A DNA stretch of 64,000 nucleotides from Mobula hypostoma. Lineage: Eukaryota. The notes below the pieces were generated by a model. It worked only from the letters and a program-made list of their open reading frames with translations. It made no database searches and was not told where the DNA came from. Shown in pieces: positions 23,441 to 37,699 of this stretch. The stretch spans positions 60,824,001 to 60,888,000 of the forward strand of contig NC_086097.1 of the NCBI RefSeq assembly GCF_963921235.1. The letters run 5' to 3'. Made by a program: the position numbers and the translations under genes. Within the stretch, counting starts at the first letter, position 1; each line of letters begins with the position of its first letter.

Positions 23441-25199
23441 GGATTGAGTTTGGATGTTGATTGTCTCTACGGGAAATGTATCTCAGCATCTCACTCATTA
23501 GCACACCTTTGTCTTTCTCAAAGAAATTTGGTGCTCTTTTTGTAACCCTCAAAAGCAAATCTGCTCCCTATGTGTTGCTAATGGCTAGTTACTTTGAAAA
23601 GAGTTGTCTTTAAGAACTGAGATCCTTTTCTATTTATTATGTAGCAAAGTAACAGCAGCTGGGATTACTGGGAATGTTCCTGTTGGAATTACACAGGACA
23701 CAGTTTAACACATTGTTGTGGATGGAAACCCTTCTAATGATTTTGAACTTTTGATTGTAGACTATGTTGGGGAATCTCATTTGGCACGAATATTACATGT
23801 ATGTTTTAAATCATCAAAATCTTGGCATATATTCTTTGATAAAATTATTTTTTTTTCCTTTCTTGGATTTTACAGTTTAAATGCAACTCGGACAGAATTC
23901 ATTGTGCGCTTGTTCATATAATTTAGAGAAAAGAATAAGCACATAACATTCTAAAAAATGAATATAGCAGCAAAAAGCTTTTTAAAAACATAATTGCTTG
24001 CTGATAAACCAAAATAAATGTTATTATTTTTTCCCGACCAGTTCAGGTTGCATGCTTATCAATGATATCACCCAGAGAAAGAAAAAGTAAAGGCATTGCT
24101 TCTTAAAAGCTATTAATACAAACATGGATCATGAAAAGTAGTAGGCATTTTTGTGCAAGTATGTGATATCTTGAACAATCATTTACCAGAAGAAACAAAA
24201 TAATAATGTAAAAGATAAAATAAGCAACTTAAATTTAAAAGCATCGTAAATATGGTGCCCAGCAGAATCCTCGTTGATTTGATTTGACACAAACAATGCA
24301 TTTCACTGTATGTTTCAATGTACTTGTGATAAATAACATTAATCTTTAGGAAAATAGGGAAGGTGCGACTCTGTGGGAAATTTATGTTAAAACAATGCAA
24401 TCCAATTCCTGTAACCTAGCTTGGGGATGTGTAAGCAAACATTGTTCTAAAATCAATATCAAAGTCTTCTTTCAAATGATAAATCAACATGTAGATTTCA
24501 GAATGTAGAAAGCTGCTGTTTCAAGTTGCACAATGAGCTAGCCCATGAATCTGCAATTGTGATCAGTTACTTTGAACTTTGGCTCTTGGCTGCAGTGCCT
24601 CATTATAGTCACAGGTTCTACCTTCAGGAAGGAAGACATATGAGGAAATCTCTTGGGAAACAAGTACAGAAGAACATCATGAGCAGTCTTTTGGCAATCT
24701 GTACTCTACCCTCCTGGCTGATGCACTGGTTAGGATGTCAGAGTAAATGTGAATTTATACAGAAGTGTTATTCTAATCTCTCAATACACAGAACCATCTG
24801 TCATTTACAAAAGTGACAGAAGTGAGGCAAACTAGAAATTGTCGATAAGAGATTTACATTTCCTTCAGCTTGGTGTAATGTCAAGGTTTGATTAAAAATA
24901 AAAAAGACTATATGTTTGTATAAGCAGGTTAAAGGATGGACATGAAATATCTAGTTTATTTCCAAATGAAATATGGTTTTATATAAATATTTTGAATTAG
25001 ACTGAGAGACGTTTGCCATTTGATCTTAATAATGACATTTTTGTACTGGAGTAATTATCAGTTATATCCATATTTAACTTTATGTTATTTTTAAGGCACA
25101 TTGCAAACTGTCTGCGACAGGAAAGTGAAGAATCAGAGTGAGATTAGAAGTACCAGGTGAGGATCATGGTGCAATGAGTAAGTGCCTGTATGCCACAAT

Positions 25200-27095
25200 T
25201 TCTTTCCTTTCCAATATTTTTATTAATTCATATATATAAGAATACAGAGTACAGGAAAAATATATATGTCAATACATTAAACTAAATCACATATAAAGAC
25301 TCCTTACCCTATATTCGTAAAAGTCAATTAGTTCGTAACATTAAAAAATAATAATTTTATAATATAAAAAATATCTAACCCACTACCAAGACCGAAGCTG
25401 ATCAGGAGAAAAAAAAAGAAAAACGATTGTTCATCATCATCTGTGCTTTAATAACAAATCAAAGATTTTGATAATAATTCAGAAAAGGTCCCCACAATGT
25501 TTGAAAGTCTTGATTAGATTCAAAGATTGAACATCGAATCTTCTCTAATTTTAAACATGACACCACATCACATAACCATTGGGCATGAATAGGAGGGGCC
25601 ACATCTTTCCATTTAAACAAAAGCGTCCTTCTGGCTATAAGAGACATAAAAGCCAAAATGTGCAAATCAGATGGCTACAAAATAATATCTTTTCCTCCAA
25701 CAATACCAAATAAAGCAGTCAAAGGATTAGGCTTGAAATTTACTTTAAAAAGAATCAAAAAGGTTTGAAATACTTCTTTCCAATACTTTCCAAGACTCGG
25801 ACATGTCCAAAACATATGAATGAGTGAAGCTTCTCCATTATTGCATTTATCACAATACGGAGATATATCTAAATAAAAACGAGACAACTTATCCTTAGTC
25901 ATATGGGCCCTATGGACCATTTTAAATTGAAGGAGAGCGTGACGGGCACATAACGATGAAGTGTTGACCAAGTTAAAAATTTGATTCCAGGTTTCCTCAC
26001 AAATTGAAGTCTGTAAATCTTGCTCCCAAAGATTTTTAATTGTAAATAAGGAACACTTCTCATTCCCAACAGCATATTATAAATATTAGATATAGATCCA
26101 TTATAAAAAGGTTTCAAATTAAAGATTGCATTTAGTAGATTCTTATCAGGACTTTTAGGAAATGTACTTATTTGTAGATATCAAAAAAAATGCGTCTTGG
26201 GTAAACTATATTTAGTTGACAATTGTTCAAACGAAAAAAAGACTTCCCACTACAAACAAGTCCTGAAAGCATTTAATAGCTAATCTATCCCATTCTTTAA
26301 AAGCCACATCAATCATAGAGGCTTTAAAAAAATAATTAGACAAAATGGGACCCGAAAGAGAAAATCTCAATAAGCCAAAATATTTTCGGAATTGTATCCA
26401 AATCCTCATAGTGTGTTTAACTACCAGGTTATCAGTTAACTTACTCAAAGACAAAGGAAGTGAGGATCCAAGAAGAGAAATAGTAGAGAATTTATTAACA
26501 GAATTAGCTTCTAAAAAAACCCAAATCGGGCAATCCTCACAATTTATATAATATAATCAAAATGTAAGATTTCTTATATTAACTGCCCAATAATAAAATC
26601 TAAAGTTTGGTAAGGCTAATCCTCCATTCTTTTTATCTTTCTGAAGATGAATTTTATTTAATCTAGAATGCGTATTCTTCCATATGTAAGAAAATATAAT
26701 AGATTCAAGAGAATCAAAAAAGGATTTAGAATGAAAACCGGCAATGCCTGAAAAAGATATATAAATTTAGGTAATATATTCATTTTGATAGAATTAATTT
26801 GACCAATTAACGATAACGAAAGAGGCGACCAATTTGATAGTATTCTTTTCACATGATTCAATAGAGTAAGAAAATTTTCTTTAAATAGAAAATTATAGAC
26901 CACTTACAATTTTTAGTGATTGTTACACCTAAATAGGTAAATTGGTTTCTTACAATTTTTAAAGGAAAGTTAGAATTTATTGGTATCAAATTGTTCAAAG
27001 GGAAAAGTTCACTTTTATGTAGGTTTAATTTATAACCTGAAAACTGGCTAAAACGGGAGAGTAAAGAAAGCACATGGGGTAATGAAGTCTCATTG
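25200..27095 (-). mobile_element. L1 LINE, 5'-truncated, same family as 3526-5285
   Basis: FSGYKLNLHKSE, FTYLGV, LSLSLIGQINSIKMNILPK, CDKC..ASLIHMFWTCP zinc knuckle. Confidence 0.95.
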
Positions 27096-27452
27096 AATGG
27101 AGCTTAAGAAGGGGCTGAGAAGAGCAAGAAGGGGGCATGAGAAGGCCTTGGCGAGTAGGGTAAAGGAAAACCCCAAGGCATTCTTCAATTATGTGAAGAA
27201 AAGAAGGATGACAGGAGTGAAGGTAGGACCGATTAGAGATAAAGGTGGGAAGATGTGCCTGGAGGCTGTGGAAGTGAGCGAGGTCCTCAATGAATACTTC
27301 TCTTCGGTATTCACCAATGAGAGGGAACTTGATGATGGTGAGGACAATATGAGTGAGGTTGATGTTTTGGAGCATGTTGATATTAAGGGAGAGGAGGTGT
27401 TGGAGTTGTTAAAATACCTTAAAACAGATAAGTCCCTGGGACCTGACGGAAT
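27096..27452 (+). mobile_element. CR1 ORF2 internal fragment
   Basis: RARRGHEKALASRVKENPKAFF..LNEYFSSVFT..DKSLGPDG. Confidence 0.9.
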
Positions 27453-27499
27453 TGTAGGAATAATCGTAGAAAATATAAAAAAGAAATATCTTAGGAAAG

Positions 27500-29445
27500 G
27501 CAGATAATAGTGCTGAAGATGAGGTAGCTGGTTTACAAACAGAGGCAATGTGTAGTGAAGAGAGGCTGTTGATAAGGCAAAATTGCAGTCAACAGGATGA
27601 TTTGCAAGGTAAAAGGTGGACAAAATCAAAAATGGTGAATACAGGTCTGAAGGTCATATATTTGAATGTGTGCAGTATATGGAATAAGGTAGCTGAACTT
27701 GCAGCACAGTTGCAGATTGACAGGTATAATGGTGTAGGCAAAACTGAGTCCTGGCTGAAAGAAGATTATTGCTGGGAGCTTACTTCCAAGGATACACATT
27801 GTATCGAAAGGACAGACAGGAAGGCAGAGGAGGTGATGTTGCTCCTTTGGTAAAAAAATAAAATAAAATCATTGGAAAGAGGCGACATAAGGTTGGAAGG
27901 TGTTGAAACATTGTAGACAGAGCTAAGGAACTACAAATGTAAGAAGATCCTAAGGGAGTTGTATATAGACCCCCAAATAGTAGTAAGGATGTGGCCTACA
28001 AATTACAATAGGAGATTGAAAATGCATGCCAAAAGGGTAATGTTACAATAGTCATGGTAGATTGGGAAAACTGTTGGTGCCGGAGTCCAGGAAGGGGAAC
28101 TTCTAGAGTGGCTACGAGGTGGCTTTTTAGAGCAGCAAGTACTAATATCCAGTATGTGGTCAACTGCCTGTTACTATTCTGGATTGGGTGTTGTGTAATG
28201 GTTAGAGAGCTAAAGGTAAATGAAGCTTTAAGAGCAGGTGATCATAATATGATCAAATTTTGTTGTGTACTTGGATATTCAGAGGCCTTTGACAAGGTGC
28301 CACACATGAAGCTGCTTAACAAGCTAGAAACCCATGATATTACAGGAACATTTATAGCATGGATAAAGCAGTACCTGATAGGCACGAGGCAAAAATTGGG
28401 AATAAAAGGAGACTGTTCTTGTTGGTTGCTGGTGACTAGTGTTGTTCGACATGGAACTGTGTTGGGACCGATTCTTTTTACATTATGTGTCAGTGATTTG
28501 GATGGTGGAATTGCTGGCTTTGTTGCAAAATTTACAGACTATATGAAGATCGGTGGAGGGTCAGGTAGCTTTGAGGAAGTAGACAGGCTAAAGAAGGACT
28601 TAGACAGATAAGGGAAAGGTGAGAGAAATGGCTTCTGGAATATAGTGTCAGGAAGTGTACGGTCATGCACTTTACTAGAAGAAATGAAAGAGTTGACTAT
28701 TTTCTAAATGGAGAGAATATACAAAAAACCACAACACAAAGGGACTTGGGAGTCCTTGTGCAGGATTCTCTAAAGGTTAATTTGCAGATTGAGTCTATAG
28801 TGAGGAAGGCAAATACAATGTTAGCATTCATTTCAAGAGGACTAGAACATAAAAGCAAGGGTGTAATATTGACAATTTACAAAGCACTGGTGAGGCCTCA
28901 CTTGGAGTATTGACAACAGTTTCTGACCCCCTTTCTTAGAAAAGATGTGCTGAAACTGGTGAGGGTTCAAAGGAGGTTAATGAAAATGATTTGAAGATTA
29001 TTTGGCTTGCCATATGAAGATTGTTTGATTGTTCTGGGTCTTTATAAATCAGAATAAAGGGTGACCACATTGAAACCTATCAAAGGGTGAAAGTCCTTGA
29101 TAGAATGGATATGGAAGGGATGTTGCCTATGGTGGTAGACCAGAGGACACAGCTTCAGAATAGAGGGGTGTCCATATAGAATGGATGCGAGGAAGAATTT
29201 CTTTAGCCAGAGTGGTGAATCTGTGGAATTCTTTGCCACAGGCAGCTGTGGAGTCTAAGTCTTTATGTATATTTAAGGCAGAGTTTGGTAGACTCTTGAT
29301 TGGTCAGGGCATGAAGGGATATGGCGGGCATGGGGAGGGAAGGGAGGAGATAGAGGCTGAGAGAAATATTGGATCACCTATGATGAAGAGGAGGAGTAGA
29401 CTCAATGGGCCAAATGGCTTAATTCTGCTTCTATATCTTATGATC
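27500..29445 (+). mobile_element. CR1 with ~1 kb internal deletion at ~28260
   Basis: APE (YLNVCSI..TESWL..GDHNMIKF) joined directly to RT (AFDKVPH), then C-terminus and 3' UTR. Confidence 0.92.
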
Positions 29446-29469
29446 TTTTAGTCTAAAAATGTAATGATA

Positions 29470-29920
29470 TTTATAAATAAGTAAGTAAATAAGTGATTTT
29501 GAGAACTTGAATTGTAGTGTCCTTGAGAGTGAGTCCATCGGTTGTGGAATCAGTTCAGTGTTAAAGTGAGAGAAGTTATCCACACCAGTTCCTGAACCTG
29601 GTGGTGTTGGATCTAAGGCTTCTGTACCACCTACCCAATGGCAGCAGTGAGAAGAAAGCATGGCCTGGATGGTTATGGATCTTTATGATGGATCTTGCTT
29701 TCTTGTGGCAGTAGTCCTTGTATATGTGCTCAGTGGTAGGGAGGGCATTTCATGTGATGGACTGGGTGCTTCCATAACTTTTTGTAGGCTTTGTCATTCT
29801 TGGGCAAAGTGTTTCCATACAGGCTATAATGCATCTAGTCAGGTTACGCTCCACTGTGCATCTGTAGAAGTTTGCCTATGTTTTTGATGACATGCTCAAT
29901 CTGTGTGAACTTCTAAGAAA
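29470..29920 (-). mobile_element. Rex1/Babar 3' fragment
   Basis: Reverse complement of the C-terminal/3'UTR block seen at 30900-31400. Confidence 0.7.
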
Positions 29921-30269
29921 GATTTTTACAAGAAACAGTTATATCTGCGTTTTCATCATCCTTTCAGCTTCACAGATGCTCGCTATGTAGTTCAGAATTC
30001 AAGATGTTTTAACTCAACTTTCAGGATATGGGCATCTCGAGCAAGACCAACATTTATTGCCCATTTCTAATTACCCACAAGGCGATGGTGAACTACCTTC
30101 TTGACCTCCTACAATCCTCTTTTGGAGGAACTCCAGTGATGCTCGTCTAGAAGTAGTTTAAGAGTTAAACCCAACAACTATGAAGGAGCAATGACTTGTT
30201 TCTATTTCTGCTTTATCTGCTATCATCCAGTAGCACTCATTTTTATGGTGATGAAATGCTTTATTTTAT

Positions 30270-33200
30270 CACCATAGACCCACTGCAATTTGCCTATCAC
30301 CACAATAGGTCTATCGCCAACCCAATCTCATTGGTTCTCCACATGGCCTTCAATCACCAGAAAAATACAAATACCTATGTTGGGATGCTTTTATTGACTA
30401 CAGGTAAGTATAAAAGTTACAAAGCCAGGGTCTCTATACTTTCCTCTGCCACTAGATCCTCGACTTCTTTACCGATAGACCACAATCTGTGTGGATTTGG
30501 AATAACATCTCCACCTCGCTGACAATCAACAGTGCTGCACCTTAAGAGTGTGTACTTAACCCACCACTCTACTCTCTTTACACCCATGACTGTGTGGCTG
30601 GGCACAGCTCAGATGCCATCTATAAATTTACTGATAATACAACCATTGTTGACAGAAACTCAGATGGTGATGAGAGGGCGTACAGGAGCAAGATATACCA
30701 GCTGGTTGAGTGGTGTCACAGTAACAACCTTGCACTCATCTTCAGTAAGTCAAAGAGCTGATTGTGGACTTCAGAAAGGGTAAGATGATGGAACACCCAC
30801 CAGTACGTATAGTGTGTTCAGAAGTGGAGAGTGTGAGCAATTTCAAGTTCCTAGGTGTTAATACCTTTGAAAGCCGAACCTGGTCCCAACATATCAATGC
30901 AGCTATAAAGAAGGCAAGACAGCAGCTACTTCTCATGAGGAGTTTGAGGAAATTTGGCATGTCTCCTGAAACATTCGCGTTCTAATTGGTTACATCACCA
31001 CCTGGAATGGGAGGGGTTTGTCTACTGCATGGCATCGAAATAAGTTGCAGAGAGTTGTAAAGTTAGTTAGCTCCATCATGGGCATTAGCCTCCTTCAAGA
31101 CATCTTCAAGGAGCGGTGCCTCAAAAAGGCTGTGTCCATCATTAAGGACCCCCACCACCCAGGACATGTCCTCTTCTCATTTTTCCAATCAAGAAGGAGG
31201 TGCAGAAACCTGAAGACACACACTCAGTGATTCAGGAACAGCTAGCTAACATCTGCCATCCGATTTCTGAATGGACGTTAAACCCATGAACACTACCTCA
31301 CGATTTTTATATTTCTGTTTTTGTACTACTTACTTAATTTAACTATTTTGCATAATTTAGTTTGTTTTTCTTTATTATCATCTATTGCATTGTACTGCTG
31401 CCGCAAACCATAGAAACCATAGAAACCACAGCACAGAAACAGGCCTTTTGGCCCTTCTTGGCTGTGCTGAACCATTTTCTGCCTAGTCCCACTGACCTGC
31501 ACACGGACCATATCCCTACATACACCTCCCATCCATGTATCTGTCCAATTTATTCTTAATTGTTAAAAAAGAAACCGCATTTACCACCTCGTCTGGCAGC
31601 TCATTCCATACTCCCACCACTCTGTGTGAAGAAGCCCCCCCTAATGTTCCCTTTAAACTTTTCCCCCCTCACCCTAAACCCATGTCCTCTGGTTTTTTTC
31701 TCCCCTTGCCTCAGTGGAAAAAGCCTGCTTGCATTCACTCTATCAATACCCATCATAATTTTATATACCTCTATCAAATCTCCCCTCATTCTTCTACGCT
31801 CCAGGGAATAAAGTCCCAACCTATTCAACCTTTCTCTGTAACTGAGTTTCTCAAGTCCCGGCAACATCCTTGTAAACCTTCTCTGCACTCTTTCAACCTT
31901 ATTTATATCCTTCCTGTAATTTGGTGACCAAAACTGAACACAATACTCCAGATTCGGCCTCACCAATGCCTTATACGAACTCATCATAACATTCCAGCTC
32001 TTATACTCAATACTTTGATTAATAAAGGCCAATGTACCAAAAGCTCTCTTTACGACCCTATCTACCTGTGACGCCACTTTTAGGGAATTTTGTATCTGTA
32101 TTCCCAGATCCCTCTGTTCCGCTGCACTCCTCAGTGCCTTACCATTAACCCTGTATGTTCTACCTTGGTTTGTCCTTCCAACATGCAATACCTCACACTT
32201 GTCAGTATTAAACTCCATCTGCCATTTTTTAGCCCATTTTTCCAGCTGGTCCAAGTCCCTCTGCAGGCTCTGAAAACCTTCCTCACTGTCTACTACACCT
32301 CCAATCTTTGTATCATCAGCAAACTTGCTGATCCAGTTTACCACATTATCATCCAGATCATTGATATAGATGACAAATAACAATGGACCCAGCATTGATC
32401 CCTGTGGCACACCACTAGTCACAGGCCTCCACTCAGAGAAGCAATTCTCTACCACCACTCTCTGGCTTCTTCCATCGAGCCAATGTCTAATCCAATTTAC
32501 CACCTCTCCATGTATACCGAGCGACTGAATTTTCCTAACTAACCTCCCATGTGGGACCTTGTCAAAGGCCTTACTGAAGTCCATGTAGACAATATCCACT
32601 GCCTTCCCTTCATCCACTTTCCTGGTAACCTCCTCGAAAAACTCCAATAGATTAGTCAAACATGACCTACCACACACAAAGCCATGTTGACTCTCCCTAA
32701 TAAGTCCCAGTCTATCCAAATGCTTGTAGATTCTGTCTCTTAGTACTCCCTCCAATAACTTATCTACTACCGACGTTAAACTTACTGGCCTATAATTTCC
32801 TGGATTACTTTTTGATCCTTTTTTAAGCAACGGAACAACATGAGCCACTCTCCAATCCTCCAGCACCTCACCTGTAGACAGCGACATTTTCAATATTTCA
32901 GCCAGGGCCCCTGCAATTTCAACACTAGTCTCCTTCAGGGTCCGAGGGAACACTGTCAGGTCCCGGGGATTTATCCACTTTAATTTTCCTCAAGACAGCA
33001 AGGACCTCCTCCTTTTTGATCTGTACAGTTTCCATGATCTCACTACTTGATTCCCTTAATTCCATAGACTTCATGCTAGTTTCCTTAGTAAACACAGATG
33101 CAAAAAACCTATTTGAGACCTCCTGCATTTCCTTTGGTTCCGCACATAGCCGACCACTCTGATCTTCAAGAGGACCAATTTTATTCCTTACAATCCTTTT

Positions 33201-33307
33201 GCTCTTAATATACCTGTAAAAGCTCTTTGGATTAACAAAGTTAACAAAGTTAACAAATTTTATGAAATATGCTGATGATATTAAATCTGGTTCTGATTCT
33301 GATTCTG
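30270..33307 (+). mobile_element. Rex1/Babar RT to 3' end; 3' UTR split by a CR1 (31407-33234)
   Basis: DPLQFAY, FKFLGV, IIKDPHHPGH; (ATTCTG)n tail at ~33290-33307. Confidence 0.85.
31407..33234 (-). mobile_element. Young CR1, 5'-truncated, with 450-aa RT ORF (31601-32953)
   Basis: Uninterrupted RT motifs ([31 protein letters not shown]); tail (GTTTCTATG)n. Confidence 0.97.
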
Positions 33308-33777
33308 GAAGAATGCGATTCTAGGGTGGAATCTGCAGTTACTGTTTCTATGTAACTATCGCGTTTGTCTTTCCTGATTGGGAGGTGCTGTCTATCACCT
33401 TCTCATTTTCCTGTATAAGTCAAAAGTTTCCCTGACATTAAATGTACCTATTGAACGTAGCCTAAGCAAGTAACAACAATGCATTGTGTGGATGGTTAAA
33501 CCTCCAGTGATAGAGTGTCAATCAGTTGAGCTGTGTATCTTGAGTGTTATTGCGGAGTAACGTAACAGTGTGCATAACTTTCTTAATTTCGTATTCGTCA
33601 GACATCAGCAAACATTAAAATGATGAATTTAATCTTGATGTGCAGAAATAGATTTGGTTTAAGGGAAGAAAAATACAGATATTACATTGGTAACAGAAAA
33701 TATTGAATATATTCATATGAATTTTGAATATGAAATAGAAGAGAGATCAATTGCTGCTGATTAAGTACCAAGAGTTC

Positions 33778-36700
33778 CAGGATGAGTTGCAACTTAAACG
33801 GTGGACAAAATCGAAAAGGGTGAATACAGGATTGAAGGTCGTATATTTGAATGTGTGCAATATACAGAATAAGGTAGCTGAACTTGCAGCACATTTGCAG
33901 ATTGACAGGTATGATGCTGTAGGCAGCACTGAGTCATGGCTGAAAGAAGATTATTGATGGGAGCTTACTTCCAAGGATACACATTGTACCAAAAGGACAG
34001 ACAGGAAGGCAGAGGGGGTGATGTTGCCCTGTTGGTAAAAAATGAAATCAAATCATTAGGAAGAGGTGACATAGGTTCGGAAGGTGTTGAAACATTGTAG
34101 ATAGAGCTAAGGAACTGCAAGTGTAAAAAGACCCTAATGGGAGTTGTATACAGACCCCCAAACAGTAGTAAGGACGTGGCCTACAAATTACAATGGGAGA
34201 TCAAAAATGCATGCTAAATGGATAGTGTTACAATAGTCACAGGGGACTTCAATATGGAGGTAGATTGGGAGAATCAGGTTGGTGCTGAGTTCCCGGAGGG
34301 TAATTTTCTAGAGTGCCCATGGGATGGCTTTTTAAAGCAGCTTGTGGTTGAGCCCACTGGAGCATCAGCTATCCTGGATTGGGTGTTGTAAAATGAACTG
34401 AGATTGATTAGATAGCTTAGGGTAAAAAGAACCATTAGGGGCAAGTGATCACAATATGATCGAATTCACACAGCAATCTGAGAAGGAGAAGCTGAAGTCA
34501 GATGTATCATTATTACAGTGCAGTGACATCAGCGGTGGACTCTGGAGCGAAGGTTCCTGAGTTTGAATCCAGTCGGGCCACTCCCGGGCATGCTTTCCAT
34601 CCATGCCAGGTTGAGTGTCCAGCTTGCAGCTCGGCCTCATAACAAAAAACTGCGCTGTGAGAAGGATGTGGGGGACCACTCACAGAATCTTTCCTCCAAT
34701 ACAGCCACTTGAAAAAGTGGTCGCCGAGGCTCTAGCAGAGTATAGCACACACAAAAAAAGAGAATTAGAGAGGCATGAAAAGTTGGCCAGACTTGACTGG
34801 AAAAGAACATTGGCAGAGATGATGGCAGAGCAGCAATGGCTGAAATTTTTGGAAGCAATTCGGAAAGCAGAGGATGTATACACCCCAAAGGGGTATTCTA
34901 AGGGAAAAGTAACACAACTGTGGCTAACTAGAGAAGACAAATCCAACATAAATGCAAAAGAGAGGGGAAACATTTGTGGGAAGTAAGAGGATTGAGAAAG
35001 CTTTAACAACCAACAAAAGGCAACTAAAAAGTAATTAAGAAAGTAAAAATGGAACATGAAAGTAAGCTGGCCTATAATATTAAAGAAGGTACCAAGTTTT
35101 TTCAGAGACATAAAGTGTAAAAGAGAGGTGAGAGTGGATAATTGACTGCTGGAAAATAATGCCGGAGAGGTATTAATGGGGGCCAATGAAATGGCAGATG
35201 AACTGAATAGGTATGTTGCATCAGTTTTCACGGTAGAAGACACTCGCAGTATGGTGGGAGTTTCAGGTGTCAGGGGTCATGAAGTGTGTGAAGTTACCAT
35301 AATTAGAGAAAAGGATTTTGGGAAACTGAAAGGTCTGAAGGAAGATAAGTCATAATACCAGATAGTGTACACCCCAGAGTTCTGAAAGAGATGGCTGAAG
35401 AGATTGTGGAGGGATTAGTAATGATCTTTCAAGAATCACTAGATTCTGGAATGGTTCCGGAAGACTGGAAAATTGCAAATGTCACTCCACCCTTCAAGAA
35501 GGGAGAGAAGCAGAAGAAAGTAAAATATAGGCCAGAAAGTCTGGCGGGGAAGATTTTAGAGTTGATTATTAAGAATGAAGTCTCAAGGTACTTGGAGGCA
35601 CATGAAAAAGTAGGCTGTAGTCAACATGGTTTCCTCAACAGAACATCCTACCTGACAATTCTGTTGGACTTATTTGATGAAATTACAAGCAAGATAGACA
35701 AAGGAGAATCGGTTGATGTGTACTTGGATTGTTAGAAGGCCTTTGACAAGGTGTGACACATGAGTCTGCTTAACAAGTTCTGAGCCCATGTTATTACAGG
35801 AAAACGTCAGGCATGGATAAGGTACTGGCTGATTGGAATGAGGCAAAGTGTGGGAATAAAGGGAGCCTTTTCTGATTTACCACTGGTGATTAGTGGTGTT
35901 CTACAGGGGTCTGTATTGGAACCGATTCTTTTTACGTTATATGCCAATGGCTTTGGTTATGGAATTGATGGCTTTGTTTCAAAGTTTGCAGATGATACAA
36001 AGATAGGTAGAGGGGCAGGTAGTTTTGAGGATGTAAAGAAGGACTTGGACAGACTAGGAGAATGGGGCAAAGAAATGGCAGATAGAATACAGTGTCAGGA
36101 AGTGTATGGTTATGCACTTTGGTAGAAACAGCTGACTATTTTATAAATGAAGAGAAAATACAAAAAACGTAAATGCAAAGGGACTTAGGAGTCTGTATGC
36201 AGGATTTCCTAAGGTTAGTTTGCAGGTTGAGTCTGTGGTGAGAAAGGCAAATGCAATGTTAGCATTCATTTCAAGAGGAATAGAATTTAAAAGCAAGGAT
36301 GCAATGTTGAGACTTTCTAGAACACTGGTGAGGCTCATTTGGAGTATTGTCAACAGTTTTGCACCTCTTATCTTAGTAAGGAAGCACTGAATCTGGAGAG
36401 GGTTCAAAGGAAGTTCACAAAAATGATTCCAGAATTGAATAGCTTGTCATATGAAGAGTGTTTGATGGTTCTTGCCTCTATTCAATGGAATTCAGAAGAA
36501 AAAGGGATGACCTAATTTGAAACTGATCGAATCATGAAAGGCCTTGATAGAGTGGATGTGGAGAGGATGTTTCCTATGGTGGGAGAGTCTAAGACAGAGG
36601 ACACAGCCTCATAATAGAGGGGTATCCTTTTAGAATAGAGATGAAGAGGAATTTGTTCAGCCGGAGAGTGGAGAATCTGTGGAATTCCTTGTTGCAGGTA

Positions 36701-36896
36701 GCTGTGGAGGTCAAGTCTTCACATATATTTAAGACAGAGGTTGATAGGTTCTTTATTGGTCAGTGGATGAAGTGATACAGGAGGAAGGCAGGAGACTGGG
36801 GTTGAGAGGAAAAATGTATCAGCCATGATGAAATGATGAGGCAGAGTTGATAGATCAAATGGCCTAATTCTGCTCCTACATCTTATAGTCTTATGG
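33778..36896 (+). mobile_element. CR1, essentially whole ORF2 (degenerate) plus 3' UTR
   Basis: APE to RT to C-terminus colinear fragments; (TCTTATGG) tail; SINE insert at 34521-34758. Confidence 0.93.
34521..34758 (+). mobile_element. tRNA-derived SINE with RTE-like middle block
   Basis: B box GAGTTTGAATCC; middle GCTTTCCATCC..GGTTGAGTGTCCAGCTTGCAGCTCGGCCTCATAA shared with 55855-56064; A-rich end; interrupts CR1. Confidence 0.8.
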
Positions 36897-36952
36897 AAAA
36901 TAAATACTAAACTCAGCTAAATTTTACTTTATAATTGAAGTCCTTGGCCCAC

Positions 36953-37173
36953 CTTAGGTAAATCCATCTGCTCCCTCAGCTCTGTAAGGATTTTGGGCTC
37001 GAAAGAACAGGAGGTTAAATGAGTCAGCACCAAGCATTCAATGTGTGAACACATCCTGTGTTCACATGTGTTCGACATGAACTGAAAGGTGCTCTTAACA
37101 GTGAAGGGTGGATGAGTAATATTTCCCTCAGAAACCATTGTCTGAATTACTTTTCCAGCTGGTCTATTTGCAT
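36953..37173 (-). CDS. Candidate host coding exon (221 nt), product unknown
   Basis: ttctaaattttacattttag|AT ... AAG|gtgggc; single open frame (D)ANRPAGKVIQTMVSEG...LTELREQMDLPK; non-repeat, GC-richer than flanks. Confidence 0.4.
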
Positions 37174-37699
37174 CTAAAATGTAAAATTTAGAAGCAAAAA
37201 GGGATATGACTATGCAATCATTCAAGACAAAGTAATTTCATTCATGACAGTGTTATGAAAAAGTGGTAGATTCCTCAATGAATCTTTCTTCTGACTTCAG
37301 TGAAATGGAAGAATTCATGAAAGGATCATTATTAGAAGAGAGAAGCTAAAGATAACAATGCTCTCTTACAAATGCTCACATGTTTAATTATTACAAATTA
37401 TATGAGATGAGAGAAAATAATATCAACTAAGTTAAGTTCTGGGATGAAAAAGAAATTGACATGTTAAAATTTCATAAAAAGTCAGCTGGAACATTTCATC
37501 TGAATTACGGTAAACTAATATACACATTAACTCCATGTAGAAACAAATTGCTGCAAGATACAAACTTTGCACGTCTCTTCAAAGTGGTTGTTCCAATGAG
37601 CTCACTCCACAATGCTGGATTTGCTACCCTATCATAGCTCTGACCCTCACTTATGAAGAGAGGAGACTGAGTTACCTTAGACTTATGCAATCAAATATT

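Noticed and set aside
25096..25156. Exon candidate tttttaag|...CAG|gtgagg
   Set aside because: Good splice motifs, but the 61-nt peptide is unrecognisable and I could not link it to a neighbouring exon
33344..33380. RFX X-box-like GTTTCTATGTAAC plus CCAAT box as a promoter
   Set aside because: Degenerate short motifs with no CpG island or linked exon
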